From a virus (lineage: Duplodnaviria > Caudoviricetes): a DNA stretch of 64,000 nucleotides. Position 1 is the first letter of the stretch; every line of letters begins with the position of its first letter. Below the pieces are notes generated by a model that did no database searches, was not told where the DNA came from, and saw only the letters and a list, made by a program, of their open reading frames with translations. The DNA lies in IMG/VR virus record IMGVR_UViG_3300031993_000027, positions 63,492 to 127,491 of that record; one strand, 5' to 3'. Shown one piece after another: positions 1 to 9,547 of the stretch. The translations under genes were made by a program, and so were the position numbers.

Positions 1-198
1 GGTCTCGTGGTCGAGGTCTTTGGAAGCATCACCATTGAATGCTACGGTGTCGAGAGTGATGATAGGCTCGCCCTCTCCCCATCCGTTACCGATGAAAATG
101 CCCTTTGCCTTGCTGTCCTCGATAATCTTCCTTACCGCCTCACAGAAGTCCTCTGTGATTGGCTGACTTGTTCTGTTCCAATAACGTGTGTAACCCAT
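1..198 (-). CDS. hypothetical phage protein, 3'-truncated by window edge (MGYTRYWNRTSQPITEDF...)
   Basis: Not in ORF track; AAGGAGG SD then ATG at 198, open frame to position 1. Confidence 0.7.
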   Translation of the reverse strand, partial: MGYTRYWNRTSQPITEDFCEAVRKIIEDSKAKGIFIGNGWGEGEPIITLDTVAFNGDASKDLDHET

Positions 199-209
199 AT
201 TGTGCCTCC

Positions 210-995
210 TTATTTCATTCTGTTGATAAGAGTACGGAAGTGGAATCTCTGTCCTCTTCTTCCACTGTCGAGGATAACGTGTTCGTTGTATCCACCTGCT
301 CCGATAGTCTCTACCTTCGCTTTTCCTGTTGTTCCTACGATGTAACCGTTGAGGTCGCCCTTCTCTCCGATACAGAGATTAGAAGCATCGGTTATCTCGG
401 TTACGATAGCCTGTGTACGCTCGATGATGAAATCGTACTTGCGGTCTGCTTCGGCATTGAGGTCTTTGAGAAGTTTCTCTTCGTTCAGATGGTCAGACTG
501 TGAATAGTCGAATAACCACTGCCATGCGCCATAGAACTTAGCCCTCTGCTTGTCGTACTCCTTACGGAGTTCTTCTCTCTTAGCAATGCGCTCCTCTTTG
601 TCCTCGATGTTCCAAAGACCGTCTTCCCTCTCTCTGTGTCCACGACACCAAGCGTACCATTCAGCACGCTCTTCCAAGTACCTAGGATACATTGCCCTGT
701 AAAAATCAAGGGTCTTCTGCTTCCAGTCTGCAAGAAAGTCCAAGATGACCTGAATGTTACGAGACTTAGCCTTGTGGTCGAAGACCTCCAAATCCTTCTT
801 GTATCCTTCGAGACCTGTCTTGGCGTTCTCTAGGTCTCTCAACGCCCACTTCAGGTCGGATTCGTGATAGTAATAAGGATTCTTCTCCCAATTACTAGCC
901 TTTGCCTCTTCGATTCGGGAAATCTTCTTCTCTAACTTCTCGATTTCCTTCTCTTTACCTTCGATTCTCTTTAAGATAAATTCCCTAGTAGCCAT
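210..995 (-). CDS. hypothetical phage protein (coiled-coil N-terminus; C-terminal GKAKVETIGAGGYN..HFRTLI)
   Basis: ORF 210..1004; likely ATG at 995 after AGGAGGTG; directly downstream of promoter 1023-1058. Confidence 0.75.
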   Translation of the reverse strand: MATREFILKRIEGKEKEIEKLEKKISRIEEAKASNWEKNPYYYHESDLKWALRDLENAKTGLEGYKKDLEVFDHKAKSRNIQVILDFLADWKQKTLDFYRAMYPRYLEERAEWYAWCRGHREREDGLWNIEDKEERIAKREELRKEYDKQRAKFYGAWQWLFDYSQSDHLNEEKLLKDLNAEADRKYDFIIERTQAIVTEITDASNLCIGEKGDLNGYIVGTTGKAKVETIGAGGYNEHVILDSGRRGQRFHFRTLINRMK

Positions 996-1022
996 GATTA
1001 GCACCTCCTGTATATCTTAGTG

Positions 1023-1058
1023 TACCCTAAGTATAAACGATAGGGTATCCTAAGTCAA
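1023..1058 (-). promoter_or_regulatory. sigmaA/sigma70-type promoter with TACCCTA/TAGGGTA inverted pair
   Basis: Minus strand TTGACT-17nt-TATACT; TACCCTA-N11-TAGGGTA straddles the -10. Confidence 0.8.
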
Positions 1059-1075
1059 GGGGTTATTTAAAATTT

Positions 1076-1354
1076 CTATACGGCTTTATCGGAATCAGGG
1101 CTTTTGACATAGAAAGAATCTGACTTGGTGTATTGCTCTTTGTATTTTTCTATTGCTTTGTCGTAGACACGCTTTCTCTCTTTATTAAGCGCATCAAAGA
1201 ACTCTTCTATGCTTGTATAAGAAGTTCCTACAACCTTGCCTGAACTCATATGGAAGTCAAGGTGTCCGTTGGTGCACCTGATATAATCTATTCTTTCAAG
1301 GTGGATAGCAGTGTTGTCATCCACCATGAAAAAACCATCATTAATCATTTCCAT
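1076..1354 (-). CDS. hypothetical protein
   Basis: ORF with coupled start/stop to upstream gene. Confidence 0.65.
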   Translation of the reverse strand: MEMINDGFFMVDDNTAIHLERIDYIRCTNGHLDFHMSSGKVVGTSYTSIEEFFDALNKERKRVYDKAIEKYKEQYTKSDSFYVKSPDSDKAV

Positions 1355-1560
1355 TACTTGTTCTCTCCTTCGTCTTCTGTCCCAACAAGGTTCTTAACAA
1401 AGTCATTAAAGTCTACACCCTTGATTTCTATCACTCTTCCTGACAGGAATGTGATTCTTACGCACTCATTCCTAGTAAGACTTGTCTCCATCGGCTGAAT
1501 TGATTCAACCGTATCCAAGTCGATGATAGCCTTGCCCTTTACACTGATAAGATTTGACAT
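1354..1560 (-). CDS. hypothetical protein
   Basis: ORF, TAATG coupling at both ends. Confidence 0.65.
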   Translation of the reverse strand: MSNLISVKGKAIIDLDTVESIQPMETSLTRNECVRITFLSGRVIEIKGVDFNDFVKNLVGTEDEGENK

Positions 1561-1712
1561 TATTCTTTTTCCTCTCTTTCTTCAAATCTGATGTAATCGT
1601 TGTTTCTACATTTTAACCACTCGGTATTGTCCAGTTGACACAGAGGAACATCAAAGTCCATACGTCCCACTTGGACAATCTCGGAGTATTTACATTGCTT
1701 ACAATCTCTCAT
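1560..1712 (-). CDS. small Cys-rich hypothetical protein (MRDCKQCKY..., 50 aa)
   Basis: Below ORF-track cutoff; AAGGAG SD, fills the gap exactly. Confidence 0.6.
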   Translation of the reverse strand: MRDCKQCKYSEIVQVGRMDFDVPLCQLDNTEWLKCRNNDYIRFEEREEKE

Positions 1713-1722
1713 TTCCTGCTCC

Positions 1723-2142
1723 TTATATCTTTATTACACGGTTAAGCATCTTAGGATACTTGTACCTTACTATTGCGGTCTTACCTGATTCACGCTCCTG
1801 TTCTATCGTAACCTCGTCAGGCTTAACTTCTATTACCGTTCCGTAACACACCTGATATTTCCTTCTCTTTTTACTCATACACTCTACCTTGTCTCCTACC
1901 TTGAATACAGGAAGGAAACTAGGGTTGATACGGAGGGTAGGCTTTTTATCTGATAAATCCTCAACGTTGACTTCCTTTTCTTTGTAGGCATAACAATGAG
2001 AACTCCCTATACACGTCATACATAAGTGTTTACAATAACCGCTTTCTCCGTGATAGATACATCTTCTCTTGTGTCTCCTGTCGTCAGTAGCACGAAGAAA
2101 TTCTTTATGCCAAGGAACGCCTGTCATTTCGCTTGCACCCAT
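1723..2142 (-). CDS. hypothetical protein, Cys/His-rich N-terminus plus SH3/KOW-like C-terminus
   Basis: RHKRRCIYH..CKHLCMTC; FKVGDKV; AAGGAG SD. Confidence 0.65.
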   Translation of the reverse strand: MGASEMTGVPWHKEFLRATDDRRHKRRCIYHGESGYCKHLCMTCIGSSHCYAYKEKEVNVEDLSDKKPTLRINPSFLPVFKVGDKVECMSKKRRKYQVCYGTVIEVKPDEVTIEQERESGKTAIVRYKYPKMLNRVIKI

Positions 2143-2154
2143 CAGATATCTCCT

Positions 2155-2376
2155 TTATACAATAGAGTTCCAAATCCTAACTGCATCCGCTATACTCTCG
2201 ATTAAAGTACCCCCTGTCATGCTGAAGAAGGGTTCTCTAGCGGTGCACTTCTTGTTAGTGCCCTCGTGCCAAAAATTGTATTCCTTCCCTAAAGAGTTAT
2301 AGGTGATACTCATTTTGCTTCCACAGAAGGGACATGGTTTAAGAAACGGTACTTCTCTCTTATTCTGTTTTGTCAT
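2155..2376 (-). CDS. Lar family restriction alleviation protein
   Basis: LKPCPFCG motif and A..IWN C-terminus typical of Lar; start adjusted to ATG 2376. Confidence 0.65.
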   Translation of the reverse strand: MTKQNKREVPFLKPCPFCGSKMSITYNSLGKEYNFWHEGTNKKCTAREPFFSMTGGTLIESIADAVRIWNSIV

Positions 2377-2725
2377 TCCTTTTCTCCATTTCCAATCTTT
2401 CTCTGTTCTGCCAGTATGTGAAGACTGTCTTTCCTTCAACACAGTGTTCTGTCGGAAGACATATCTGCCAACGTTCAACAGGGAAACGACAATTTTCTGT
2501 ACTGCCTGAATAATCTAAGTGACTATATAGGTCAATCCCAAGATATCCCATAAGATTTCCTGTTATATCATACACAGGCTGTCCTATTGAAAAGGTGTCC
2601 TCTGCTCCTAGTTGCTGATATCCGATATAGAAGTGATGTTCTTCTTGATAAACTCTCCCTGCATTAAACACAGTGTTGTGTTCTGCTTCGAAGTCATCTA
2701 TGAATTTCTTTATTTCCATTTTCAT
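2360..2725 (-). CDS. hypothetical protein
   Basis: ORF 2360..2782; likely start after AAGGAGG at 2725. Confidence 0.6.
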   Translation of the reverse strand: MKMEIKKFIDDFEAEHNTVFNAGRVYQEEHHFYIGYQQLGAEDTFSIGQPVYDITGNLMGYLGIDLYSHLDYSGSTENCRFPVERWQICLPTEHCVEGKTVFTYWQNRERLEMEKRNDKTE

Positions 2726-3029
2726 CAAAACCTCCTTGACGTTTATCCTTGTCAGAATCTTCACATAACTTAACAACAGCATTGCTCAAATTCCTCTGCA
2801 TTACATAGCGGTATTGAGCAAAGTCTATCTCGGAAGCCATCGGTTCTATCCTGACCAAATCCTTTACCATTGCTTCATGGATAGCCTCTTCTAAGTTTTT
2901 TGCTTCAGTTAACCAGTTAACGAGATTGCGTTCATTCTGCATCATTATCTCTTCGCCTGTCTCCTTGTAGAACTCGGCATTGCCTTTGTGAAGAGCGATA
3001 GCCTCGTCTATGTTTAATACTTTTGCCAT
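2694..3029 (-). CDS. hypothetical protein
   Basis: ORF with AAGGAG SD. Confidence 0.65.
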   Translation of the reverse strand: MAKVLNIDEAIALHKGNAEFYKETGEEIMMQNERNLVNWLTEAKNLEEAIHEAMVKDLVRIEPMASEIDFAQYRYVMQRNLSNAVVKLCEDSDKDKRQGGFDENGNKEIHR

Positions 3030-3038
3030 AATGTCTCC

Positions 3039-3356
3039 TTATATATGAGTTTTGTAAAACTTGCATCCAAAAGGACTTGGTAGTGGAACAGTGTCTAATG
3101 TGCATCCATTATACCCATCATTATGAACACATTCCCACGCAGAACAGAAGGTTTCAGGTATGTCGTCTCTTAGTTCTGTTCCGTCTTCCTCGTCTTCAGG
3201 ATTCGGGTCTTCATCCGTCCAAGATTGCCAAGACATATCGTGATAGTCTAAACAAGCAGGTGGCATTCCCACTCCACCGTAATCTATCTCTATCTCTTCG
3301 AGAGTACAATAACCGTCTTTGACAAACTTACAATCAGCATTGCATTTAATCTTCAT
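3039..3356 (-). CDS. Cys-rich hypothetical protein (two CxxxxC..N..G.C repeats)
   Basis: IKCNADCKFVKDGYC and CSAWECVHNDGYNGC. Confidence 0.6.
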   Translation of the reverse strand: MKIKCNADCKFVKDGYCTLEEIEIDYGGVGMPPACLDYHDMSWQSWTDEDPNPEDEEDGTELRDDIPETFCSAWECVHNDGYNGCTLDTVPLPSPFGCKFYKTHI

Positions 3357-3952
3357 CCTTTAAACCTCCAACGGTCTTCGTGTTCTCTTCTTACAAACTC
3401 ATAGATGTAAGAATCCCTGAATTTACCCTGCCTGTCTCTGAATGTATCCTTCAGGACAAACTTGTTCACGTCCCACATAAAACTCTCTGCGTACTTAGTA
3501 CGGATTTTGTCATAAGCCTTGACAGCAGGATTGCCCTCTATTGCTCTGAACTCAACTCTATGTGGATTGTAGGATTCTATCATTGTTATCATTTCCTTAA
3601 CCGCATTGGTAATCACCCAACTAGGTTTATCTTTGAACGATATAAGACCTACTCCCCATACTCCGCTTGCATAGAAGTCAACATAGAATCCGAGATAACC
3701 TATGAGTTCTGTGGTCTTCTTTATCTCTTTATCTTCCTTCTTTTCTTCTTCAATGTCTTCGTTTTTGTCTTCATCTTCTATGATTTTCTCTTCAACGATA
3801 GCAAATTGAAATCGTCCCTCACTCGCTTCGTCGCTGATATTAAGTCTGCCAAACTCAATACATCCGTTGAAGTACATTGCCTTTTCAGAGTATCTCAAAA
3901 GGTCGAACTGCTTTATCAGTTCATCTTTGTATACGATTGCAGGTACTAACAT
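3353..3952 (-). CDS. putative GNAT (RimJ/RimL-like) acetyltransferase
   Basis: LIGYLGF..GLISF..HRVEFRAIEGNPAVKAY..RDRQGKFRDSYIYE pattern. Confidence 0.5.
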   Translation of the reverse strand: MLVPAIVYKDELIKQFDLLRYSEKAMYFNGCIEFGRLNISDEASEGRFQFAIVEEKIIEDEDKNEDIEEEKKEDKEIKKTTELIGYLGFYVDFYASGVWGVGLISFKDKPSWVITNAVKEMITMIESYNPHRVEFRAIEGNPAVKAYDKIRTKYAESFMWDVNKFVLKDTFRDRQGKFRDSYIYEFVRREHEDRWRFKG

Positions 3953-4656
3953 TATTCCTTAAACCTCTCTGACTTCAATTTGCTTGAATCTATAATAAAC
4001 TCACGGTAATCCTCATAGTCTTTGAATGTACGGAACTCTCCCCTGATTACATCAAGACAGTTCATGTTCCTAGCAAACTCATAAGAGTTAGTAGATACGA
4101 CAATGTAGAGTTCAAGACCCATCTGCTTTGCGTCTTCAATCATCATATTAAACACGCCTTTAACTTCATCCATGTTATCAATGCTAAATCCCGAATCAAC
4201 AGCATCTAACAAGATAAATCTTTTCTTAGGAAGAGGCTTCTTTTCTTCTTCGTTTCCGAATGCTGAACAAAAAACATCAGAGAATCTATCTCTGCTGTAT
4301 TCCCCTGCTTTTAGGAACGTGTATATCTTCCTGCACAACTCACCGATTTTAAAACCTATCTGTTCCCCTTCTGAAGAAAGAAACATAGTAGCCATCTTAG
4401 ACATTTGGTTCGAATACATAAATTCCTCATAATATTTATGTTCGTTCTCTTCTTTATTATCGAACAAAATAGTAGGAATGTCCTTTTTCCTTGTTTGTTC
4501 TTTGATGGTTTGTAGCATTGTCGTTTTCCCTGCTCCGTTACATCCTACAAGGATTGTTACTCCTTCAGGAAGAGAAACGGTATCTGCTAATGTAACACGG
4601 AAACCTTCTCCGTAAGGGTCATCATTAATCTTTATCTTGAACATAAATTCCTCCAA
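3952..4656 (-). CDS. ABC-type P-loop ATPase
   Basis: Walker A GCNGAGKTT, signature-like SEGE, Walker B ILLDAVDSG. Confidence 0.8.
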   Translation of the reverse strand: MEEFMFKIKINDDPYGEGFRVTLADTVSLPEGVTILVGCNGAGKTTMLQTIKEQTRKKDIPTILFDNKEENEHKYYEEFMYSNQMSKMATMFLSSEGEQIGFKIGELCRKIYTFLKAGEYSRDRFSDVFCSAFGNEEEKKPLPKKRFILLDAVDSGFSIDNMDEVKGVFNMMIEDAKQMGLELYIVVSTNSYEFARNMNCLDVIRGEFRTFKDYEDYREFIIDSSKLKSERFKE

Positions 4657-4696
4657 TAAAAAACTTCCTAATTCTCTTAACGAAAAAGGAAGTTTA
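4657..4696 (-). terminator. probable intrinsic terminator
   Basis: Minus strand AAACTTCCT...AGGAAGTTT stem followed by TTTATT. Confidence 0.5.
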
Positions 4697-4700
4697 AATC
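4675..4700 (-). promoter_or_regulatory. bipartite motif copy 1 (GATTTAA-N10-TCGTTAAGA), putative phage-specific promoter
   Basis: One of six intergenic copies with identical 10-nt spacing. Confidence 0.6.
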
Positions 4701-4701
4701 T

Positions 4702-4998
4702 TCACTCTTGTATCGAAATCGCCTTTTTTATTTCTAAGGCAAGGCGTTTAGCCTGTTCCATCTGTTTGTCGGATAAAGGGATACCTCTCTGTACCCTTTG
4801 AGCGAACGAGTAAATGTAATCATATCCTTTGAACGTGTTGGAAGGAGGAGTACGGTTGCTAGGAACGTCGATACGTTCCAAGTCGGCAATCAGGTCGTCC
4901 TCGTTGTCATAGATATCAGTCCAAGGAACTCTCCTGAAATGAGCCTTGTACTCATAATCTAGTTCCGTACATATCTTCTGTGGATTTCTTTTGTACAT
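4702..4998 (-). CDS. hypothetical protein
   Basis: ORF, GGAGG SD. Confidence 0.65.
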   Translation of the reverse strand: MYKRNPQKICTELDYEYKAHFRRVPWTDIYDNEDDLIADLERIDVPSNRTPPSNTFKGYDYIYSFAQRVQRGIPLSDKQMEQAKRLALEIKKAISIQE

Positions 4999-4999
4999 A

Positions 5000-5284
5000 T
5001 CATTTCCTCCAATCTATCTCTGTCCATCCGTCATCATCGGCATCCATGAAGTCTTCAAAGTATATCGCATGGTTTCTGAACATGATATGCAGTCCATCAA
5101 CACGATTGTACATCACCTTGCGCCTACATGACCTTACAGGCTGACCCTCGAACTGATATTCAAGAGTAATTACCTGACCTTCACTGAAGTATCCGTCACA
5201 TCTGATACGAAGTTTCGTCCAGTTGTTGTCATCAAGTTCAGGTGACATATAGGAATATTGAGCGTCGTCTTTGATGTGGAACAT
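5000..5284 (-). CDS. hypothetical protein
   Basis: ORF, AAGGAG SD. Confidence 0.65.
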   Translation of the reverse strand: MFHIKDDAQYSYMSPELDDNNWTKLRIRCDGYFSEGQVITLEYQFEGQPVRSCRRKVMYNRVDGLHIMFRNHAIYFEDFMDADDDGWTEIDWRK

Positions 5285-5642
5285 CTTAAATCTCCTTAAA
5301 CTTATCCCTGAAGTCGAACTTCTCGAATCCGTGTCTCTTGTTCTTACTGTCCCTTACAAAAATGCAAGGAAGACCGTCGATGGAGACTTCCTTCTCAAAT
5401 GTGAACTGTTCTCCGTTCGGGTCGTTCCTGCGTACATAGACCTTCTTTTCATTCTCTGTTACTCTCAACATAAGTGTCTCCTTTACTGATAGGAATAGTA
5501 CCATAGGTCGTTGATGATATCCTGTATCTTCCAACCTAGTTTCTTGCTAATGTTCTTCCTTATAAACTTAGCACACTTTGAAAGAGTATGAAAGAACTTG
5601 TCTTTACGATTTCTCTCTTTGATTGTCATAGCCGTATCCTCC

Positions 5643-6077
5643 TTATAAAACCTCGTACTCGATACCTTCTTCGTCAAAGGTAGAAGTATAGATATGAAGT
5701 TCGTCAGTAGGAACTTGGATAGTTCCCCACTTACCCTTCATTGCTCCTTGTGACTTGCTGTGTACTCTAAGAGTAGTCTTAGGCTTTGCAACCCATCTAA
5801 GGTGGCTCTCTACGGCTCTGTTGAACTGTTCGATAAAGAAGTTAACGAATGTGAGTACGTGTACTCTGCTGTCTCTTGTACACTCGTCAAGGTCTGATAC
5901 ATCAGATTCAAGGTGAGCAATCTGCTCGGAGAATTTGCACTGAACCCTGTCCCAACAATCGTAAGGATGGTCGCCCAACTCATACTTCTCGCAAGCATCC
6001 TTGACTTCCTGCATCTTCAGCATAGCCTGTTCCTGTGTAGTTGTTCGTTTGTCTAAAAGAGTAATAGGCGTAAACAT
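5643..6077 (-). CDS. hypothetical protein
   Basis: GGAGGT SD, first gene after promoter 6113-6141. Confidence 0.7.
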   Translation of the reverse strand: MFTPITLLDKRTTTQEQAMLKMQEVKDACEKYELGDHPYDCWDRVQCKFSEQIAHLESDVSDLDECTRDSRVHVLTFVNFFIEQFNRAVESHLRWVAKPKTTLRVHSKSQGAMKGKWGTIQVPTDELHIYTSTFDEEGIEYEVL

Positions 6078-6112
6078 ACTTAGTACCTCCGTGTATTTGT
6101 AGTAGTGTCCTA

Positions 6113-6141
6113 AGTATAAACTATATGCTACCCTACGTCAA
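6113..6141 (-). promoter_or_regulatory. sigmaA-type promoter with TAGGGTAG in spacer
   Basis: TTGACG-TAGGGTAGCATATAGTT-TATACT. Confidence 0.8.
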
Positions 6142-6868
6142 TACCCTGTTTGCAGATTATCAAAATCAAATCCCATTTGTCCGTCAAGTTCGTATTCCTT
6201 CTTAGCAGGAAGTTCCCCTGTCGTCATATGGATTCTCTTATTGGCTATATCGAACCATTCCTTGTTAAGTTCACAACCTAGCCATTGTCTATGGAGTTGC
6301 TTCGCAACAAGTAAGTGACTTCCTGAACCACAACAAGGGTCAAATACCACATCATTCTCGTTGCTGTTGTCGAGAATAAGTTCCTGAAGAAGTCCGTGTG
6401 GTTTTTCCGTTGGATGAATCTTACTTGCCCCAACAGGATAATTGAACACTGTTCCTTTACAGAATGCGTTAAACACTCCCCCACGCTTTTTAAACCACAC
6501 AGCATTCTCTATGCTTGACAAATAGATGGTCTGACCATTCATAGGGGAAGGATTGGTTTTGTTGTAAATCAGTTGTCTAACTGTTCCTTTTCCTTGCTTT
6601 TGTTTGTTATCAAAGTATTCGTGTATTTCTGAAAACTGATTCTTCCCACAGAATATAATTATCGTACTCGAAGTTATCCTGTAAAGTTCATCTAAAAAAG
6701 AGATAAGGTCGAAGGTCATAATATCTGCCTTACCCTTATCTAGTTCTCTTAGTCCGTTGCTAGACCTGTTTACTTCTCCATAGGGAATATCTGTGAGAGT
6801 AAGTGTTACCCCCCCTCAACTATATTTGACATATATTCCATACAGTCAACATTCACTAGTTCATTCAT
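6138..6868 (-). CDS. N6-adenine/N4-cytosine DNA methyltransferase (beta class), out of frame at a G7 tract (6809-6815)
   Basis: N-terminal MNELVNVDCMEYM in one frame; TDIPY, HPTEKP and VFDPCCGSGS motifs in another; one extra G restores the frame. Confidence 0.85.
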
Positions 6869-6871
6869 TTT

Positions 6872-7399
6872 TTATTTCTCCAAATCTTCAAAAGTGACCT
6901 GACCTTCTATCGGACACTCTGCATTACTATCAGGTTTGAAGTCCTCGTACTCTTCCAAGTCTTCGAGCAGGACATATCTCTTACAGTTGTTTTTGAAGAA
7001 GACAACAGCGACTTTCGGTTTGTCAGTTATCTCTTTAAAGACTGTTTTACTCTCTACGCCTCTGAAATCCCACGCTGTATCCGTTCCTATTAAACCTTTG
7101 ATATTGATACGAGTATAGCCAACAAGAAAACCGTTAAAGGATTTCTCGACCCTCTCACGGTATTCCTTCTCTACGGATTCACCACACCAATCTGACAGGT
7201 CGGCAAGTTTTTCTTTCCCTTTGAACGCTTCGGCTGTATCCCACTCTCTACGACTTTGAGCAAATCCACCATCTTTGTTGTATATCTGAATATAAACACC
7301 ATCACTGATTTTTTTCATATAAGCCTTACAGTGAACCTTGGTAAAGATTTTCATATCGGTCTCCTTTACTGTCCATATGGTTTCGGGAACGGTTTCCAA
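6872..7399 (-). CDS. hypothetical protein
   Basis: ORF; C-terminal PIEGQVTFEDL typical of clostridial phage small genes; true start may be MKIFTK. Confidence 0.6.
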   Translation of the reverse strand: METVPETIWTVKETDMKIFTKVHCKAYMKKISDGVYIQIYNKDGGFAQSRREWDTAEAFKGKEKLADLSDWCGESVEKEYRERVEKSFNGFLVGYTRINIKGLIGTDTAWDFRGVESKTVFKEITDKPKVAVVFFKNNCKRYVLLEDLEEYEDFKPDSNAECPIEGQVTFEDLEK

Positions 7400-7785
7400 G
7401 CGATAATCTCTATCGCTGAATCAATCAAGTCCCAATCCTGTGCTCTTCCGTATTCCTTCAGGAAGTCAACTATCGTAGCGTGCCACCAATACCAATCCCC
7501 TTTACATAGAACGGCAATAGCGACCTTCGGTACATCCTTTATTTTATCATAATAAGGCGGTGGATTGTGGTTAACGTAGGTTACTATGACAGGCTCGCAA
7601 TCTTCAGGAAGAACCTGCGAAGCAACCGTCCAATCCACTTCAGGCTTGGGTGTTCCCTTAGAGACACCTTCCTTATATCCTTCCTGATAAGCCTGAAGAA
7701 TAAGTCCCTGTATCTCCATCTTCTTTTCTTCAACTTGCTTGTAGATATTGTCATGTTTTTTCATTTTTATCTTCTCCATCGTCAT
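7366..7785 (-). CDS. DUF551-like protein
   Basis: WTVASQVLPE..VIVT..IIAWKPFPKPY pattern. Confidence 0.6.
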   Translation of the reverse strand: MTMEKIKMKKHDNIYKQVEEKKMEIQGLILQAYQEGYKEGVSKGTPKPEVDWTVASQVLPEDCEPVIVTYVNHNPPPYYDKIKDVPKVAIAVLCKGDWYWWHATIVDFLKEYGRAQDWDLIDSAIEIIAWKPFPKPYGQ

Positions 7786-8101
7786 TCACAAGATAGTTCA
7801 CATAATGGTCTCTTTCTTTTTCAAGTCTGACATAATGTTTATAAACCCAATCAGCACCTTCAAACCAACCCTTTGTTTCTTCTTCGGTCATACCATCAAA
7901 GCATTTCACAATCTGACGACATTCTTCGTCAAAGAACCTAAAAGGACAACAGTAAGGTCTATACTCGTGTGTTTTACCGTCCTTGTCTTTTGTGTTAACT
8001 CTATTGTCAGCAACACAGGTCTCTTCTTTTGTTAGAAAGCGACAAGTCTTACAACTGTGTGCAACATCTTTATCTTTCGACAGAAAAATCAGATAACTCA
8101 T
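7751..8101 (-). CDS. hypothetical protein (CxxC)
   Basis: SCKTCRF..RPYCCPF. Confidence 0.6.
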   Translation of the reverse strand: MSYLIFLSKDKDVAHSCKTCRFLTKEETCVADNRVNTKDKDGKTHEYRPYCCPFRFFDEECRQIVKCFDGMTEEETKGWFEGADWVYKHYVRLEKERDHYVNYLVNDDGEDKNEKT

Positions 8102-8147
8102 TCCTAACTACCTCGTCCCTGTTTCTGATTGCCATTTTAATCACCTC

Positions 8148-8411
8148 TTATTCTATCTTATGGTCTCCACATAAGGAACAATGGTAAGAGTGCTCATTGT
8201 GTCCTTCTGCGTACTGACCATCGTCTATCCAGTTGTGCTCACATAATTCAGGACATATCTTGCCCTGAACTTCTAAACATCTTTTGCCGTACTTTTTACA
8301 GTATCCATAAGCGTGTGTCACTCCAATCCTGTGAAAGTTAGCAGGTACATATGAAGTAACCCACGTCCTTCTCTGATAATAGTTACACTTCTCGCAAGCA
8401 GACACCTTCAT
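8148..8411 (-). CDS. Cys-rich hypothetical protein
   Basis: ORF, GGAGGT SD. Confidence 0.6.
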   Translation of the reverse strand: MKVSACEKCNYYQRRTWVTSYVPANFHRIGVTHAYGYCKKYGKRCLEVQGKICPELCEHNWIDDGQYAEGHNEHSYHCSLCGDHKIE

Positions 8412-8412
8412 C

Positions 8413-8688
8413 TTACTTTACCTCCAAATCAGGGTCATAGACCAGTGTACAGCCGAACAAATGAACACAGTATTTCTTTCCGTCCATGCTGATAACGAGC
8501 CTGTTGTATTCCTTATCTATCGACCAAGAATCAATCTTACCTTCAACACACTCTCCATTCTGTAATCTTATATAGGCATAGTCTACTATATATCCTTCTC
8601 TTTCAAGCAATTCGAACAATTCGACTGCATCATCCCCGAAGAAATGGGTTACTTTAATTTCCGCTACTTTCCTGAACATTATTGTCAA
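8413..8688 (-). CDS. hypothetical protein
   Basis: ORF coupled to upstream gene. Confidence 0.55.
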   Translation of the reverse strand: MTIMFRKVAEIKVTHFFGDDAVELFELLEREGYIVDYAYIRLQNGECVEGKIDSWSIDKEYNRLVISMDGKKYCVHLFGCTLVYDPDLEVK

Positions 8689-8954
8689 CCTTCCTTCGGT
8701 TTCATCCCGAAAACTACATATTCTTCATTCACTCCCCATCCGCTTAAAACGTAGGTGATTTTGAATGTCATATGTTCAAGCATATCGTAAATAGGTAGCC
8801 TATCATATACAGGCAAACCGTGTCTGTTCACAACGTTAAATCTCACGGTGTCGCCTTTTTGGAATCCCCTGTCGTTTTGTCTTACTTCAAAATTTTTATC
8901 CCCCGATACGATAGGTTCTACAAATTGAGATTGAATTTTAAGAACGTGTTCCAT
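8685..8954 (-). CDS. DUF3850 / ASCH-PUA domain protein
   Basis: HVLKI..SGDKNFEVRQNDRGFQKGD..ITYVL..YVVFG. Confidence 0.85.
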   Translation of the reverse strand: MEHVLKIQSQFVEPIVSGDKNFEVRQNDRGFQKGDTVRFNVVNRHGLPVYDRLPIYDMLEHMTFKITYVLSGWGVNEEYVVFGMKPKEG

Positions 8955-9162
8955 TGTTTTCCTCCTTCATCTTCTTACCGCAGAACGAACAAAAATTGCC
9001 ATCTTCTTTGGTTATCCACTCACCCTCTTGCCTTGCCTCAACTGTCGGGGCATTGTCGATTTCTGTTAATGGTGCATCATAAGTGTCTATTCCTGCCATA
9101 ATGCCCATACAGATAAATTCCATATTTTTTCTCAATAAATCTGCATCAATCGGTCTTGTCAT
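8938..9162 (-). CDS. small phage protein of IDAD..IDNAPTV family with zinc knuckle
   Basis: RPIDAD, IDNAPTVE, FCSFCGKKM. Confidence 0.65.
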   Translation of the reverse strand: MTRPIDADLLRKNMEFICMGIMAGIDTYDAPLTEIDNAPTVEARQEGEWITKEDGNFCSFCGKKMKEENNGTRS

Positions 9163-9547
9163 TGTCTGCCTCCCTTAGTTCTTTCAGTATCTTGACTATT
9201 TCTGAATTTTTCTTCCCTGTTGTCTGTATATCCTGAAGTTTGGCGTCCCCCATATGATAGCCATACCATACTAAAACCAAAATCAAAGGGTCATCAAGAT
9301 TTCCGATTTGATAAGGTTCACGAACTATGATTCCTTTGCATCCGTCAACAATTACCTCGTCACCAACCGCAACATTTGGCAACTCTCTTTCTTCGAATCT
9401 TGAGCAATAGTCACTATCGGGTTCTATCTGTGAATAATCAGAAATTCCGAATCTGTTATCACAAACGTATTTTATGTAAGGCTTTTCTCCTTCTTTTTCA
9501 TAATGATTCTCTTTACAATATTTACAGTATTTGCATTTTTTAGTCAT
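9146..9547 (-). CDS. hypothetical protein (CKYCKYC)
   Basis: ORF with GGGAGG SD. Confidence 0.6.
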   Translation of the reverse strand: MTKKCKYCKYCKENHYEKEGEKPYIKYVCDNRFGISDYSQIEPDSDYCSRFEERELPNVAVGDEVIVDGCKGIIVREPYQIGNLDDPLILVLVWYGYHMGDAKLQDIQTTGKKNSEIVKILKELREADNDKTD

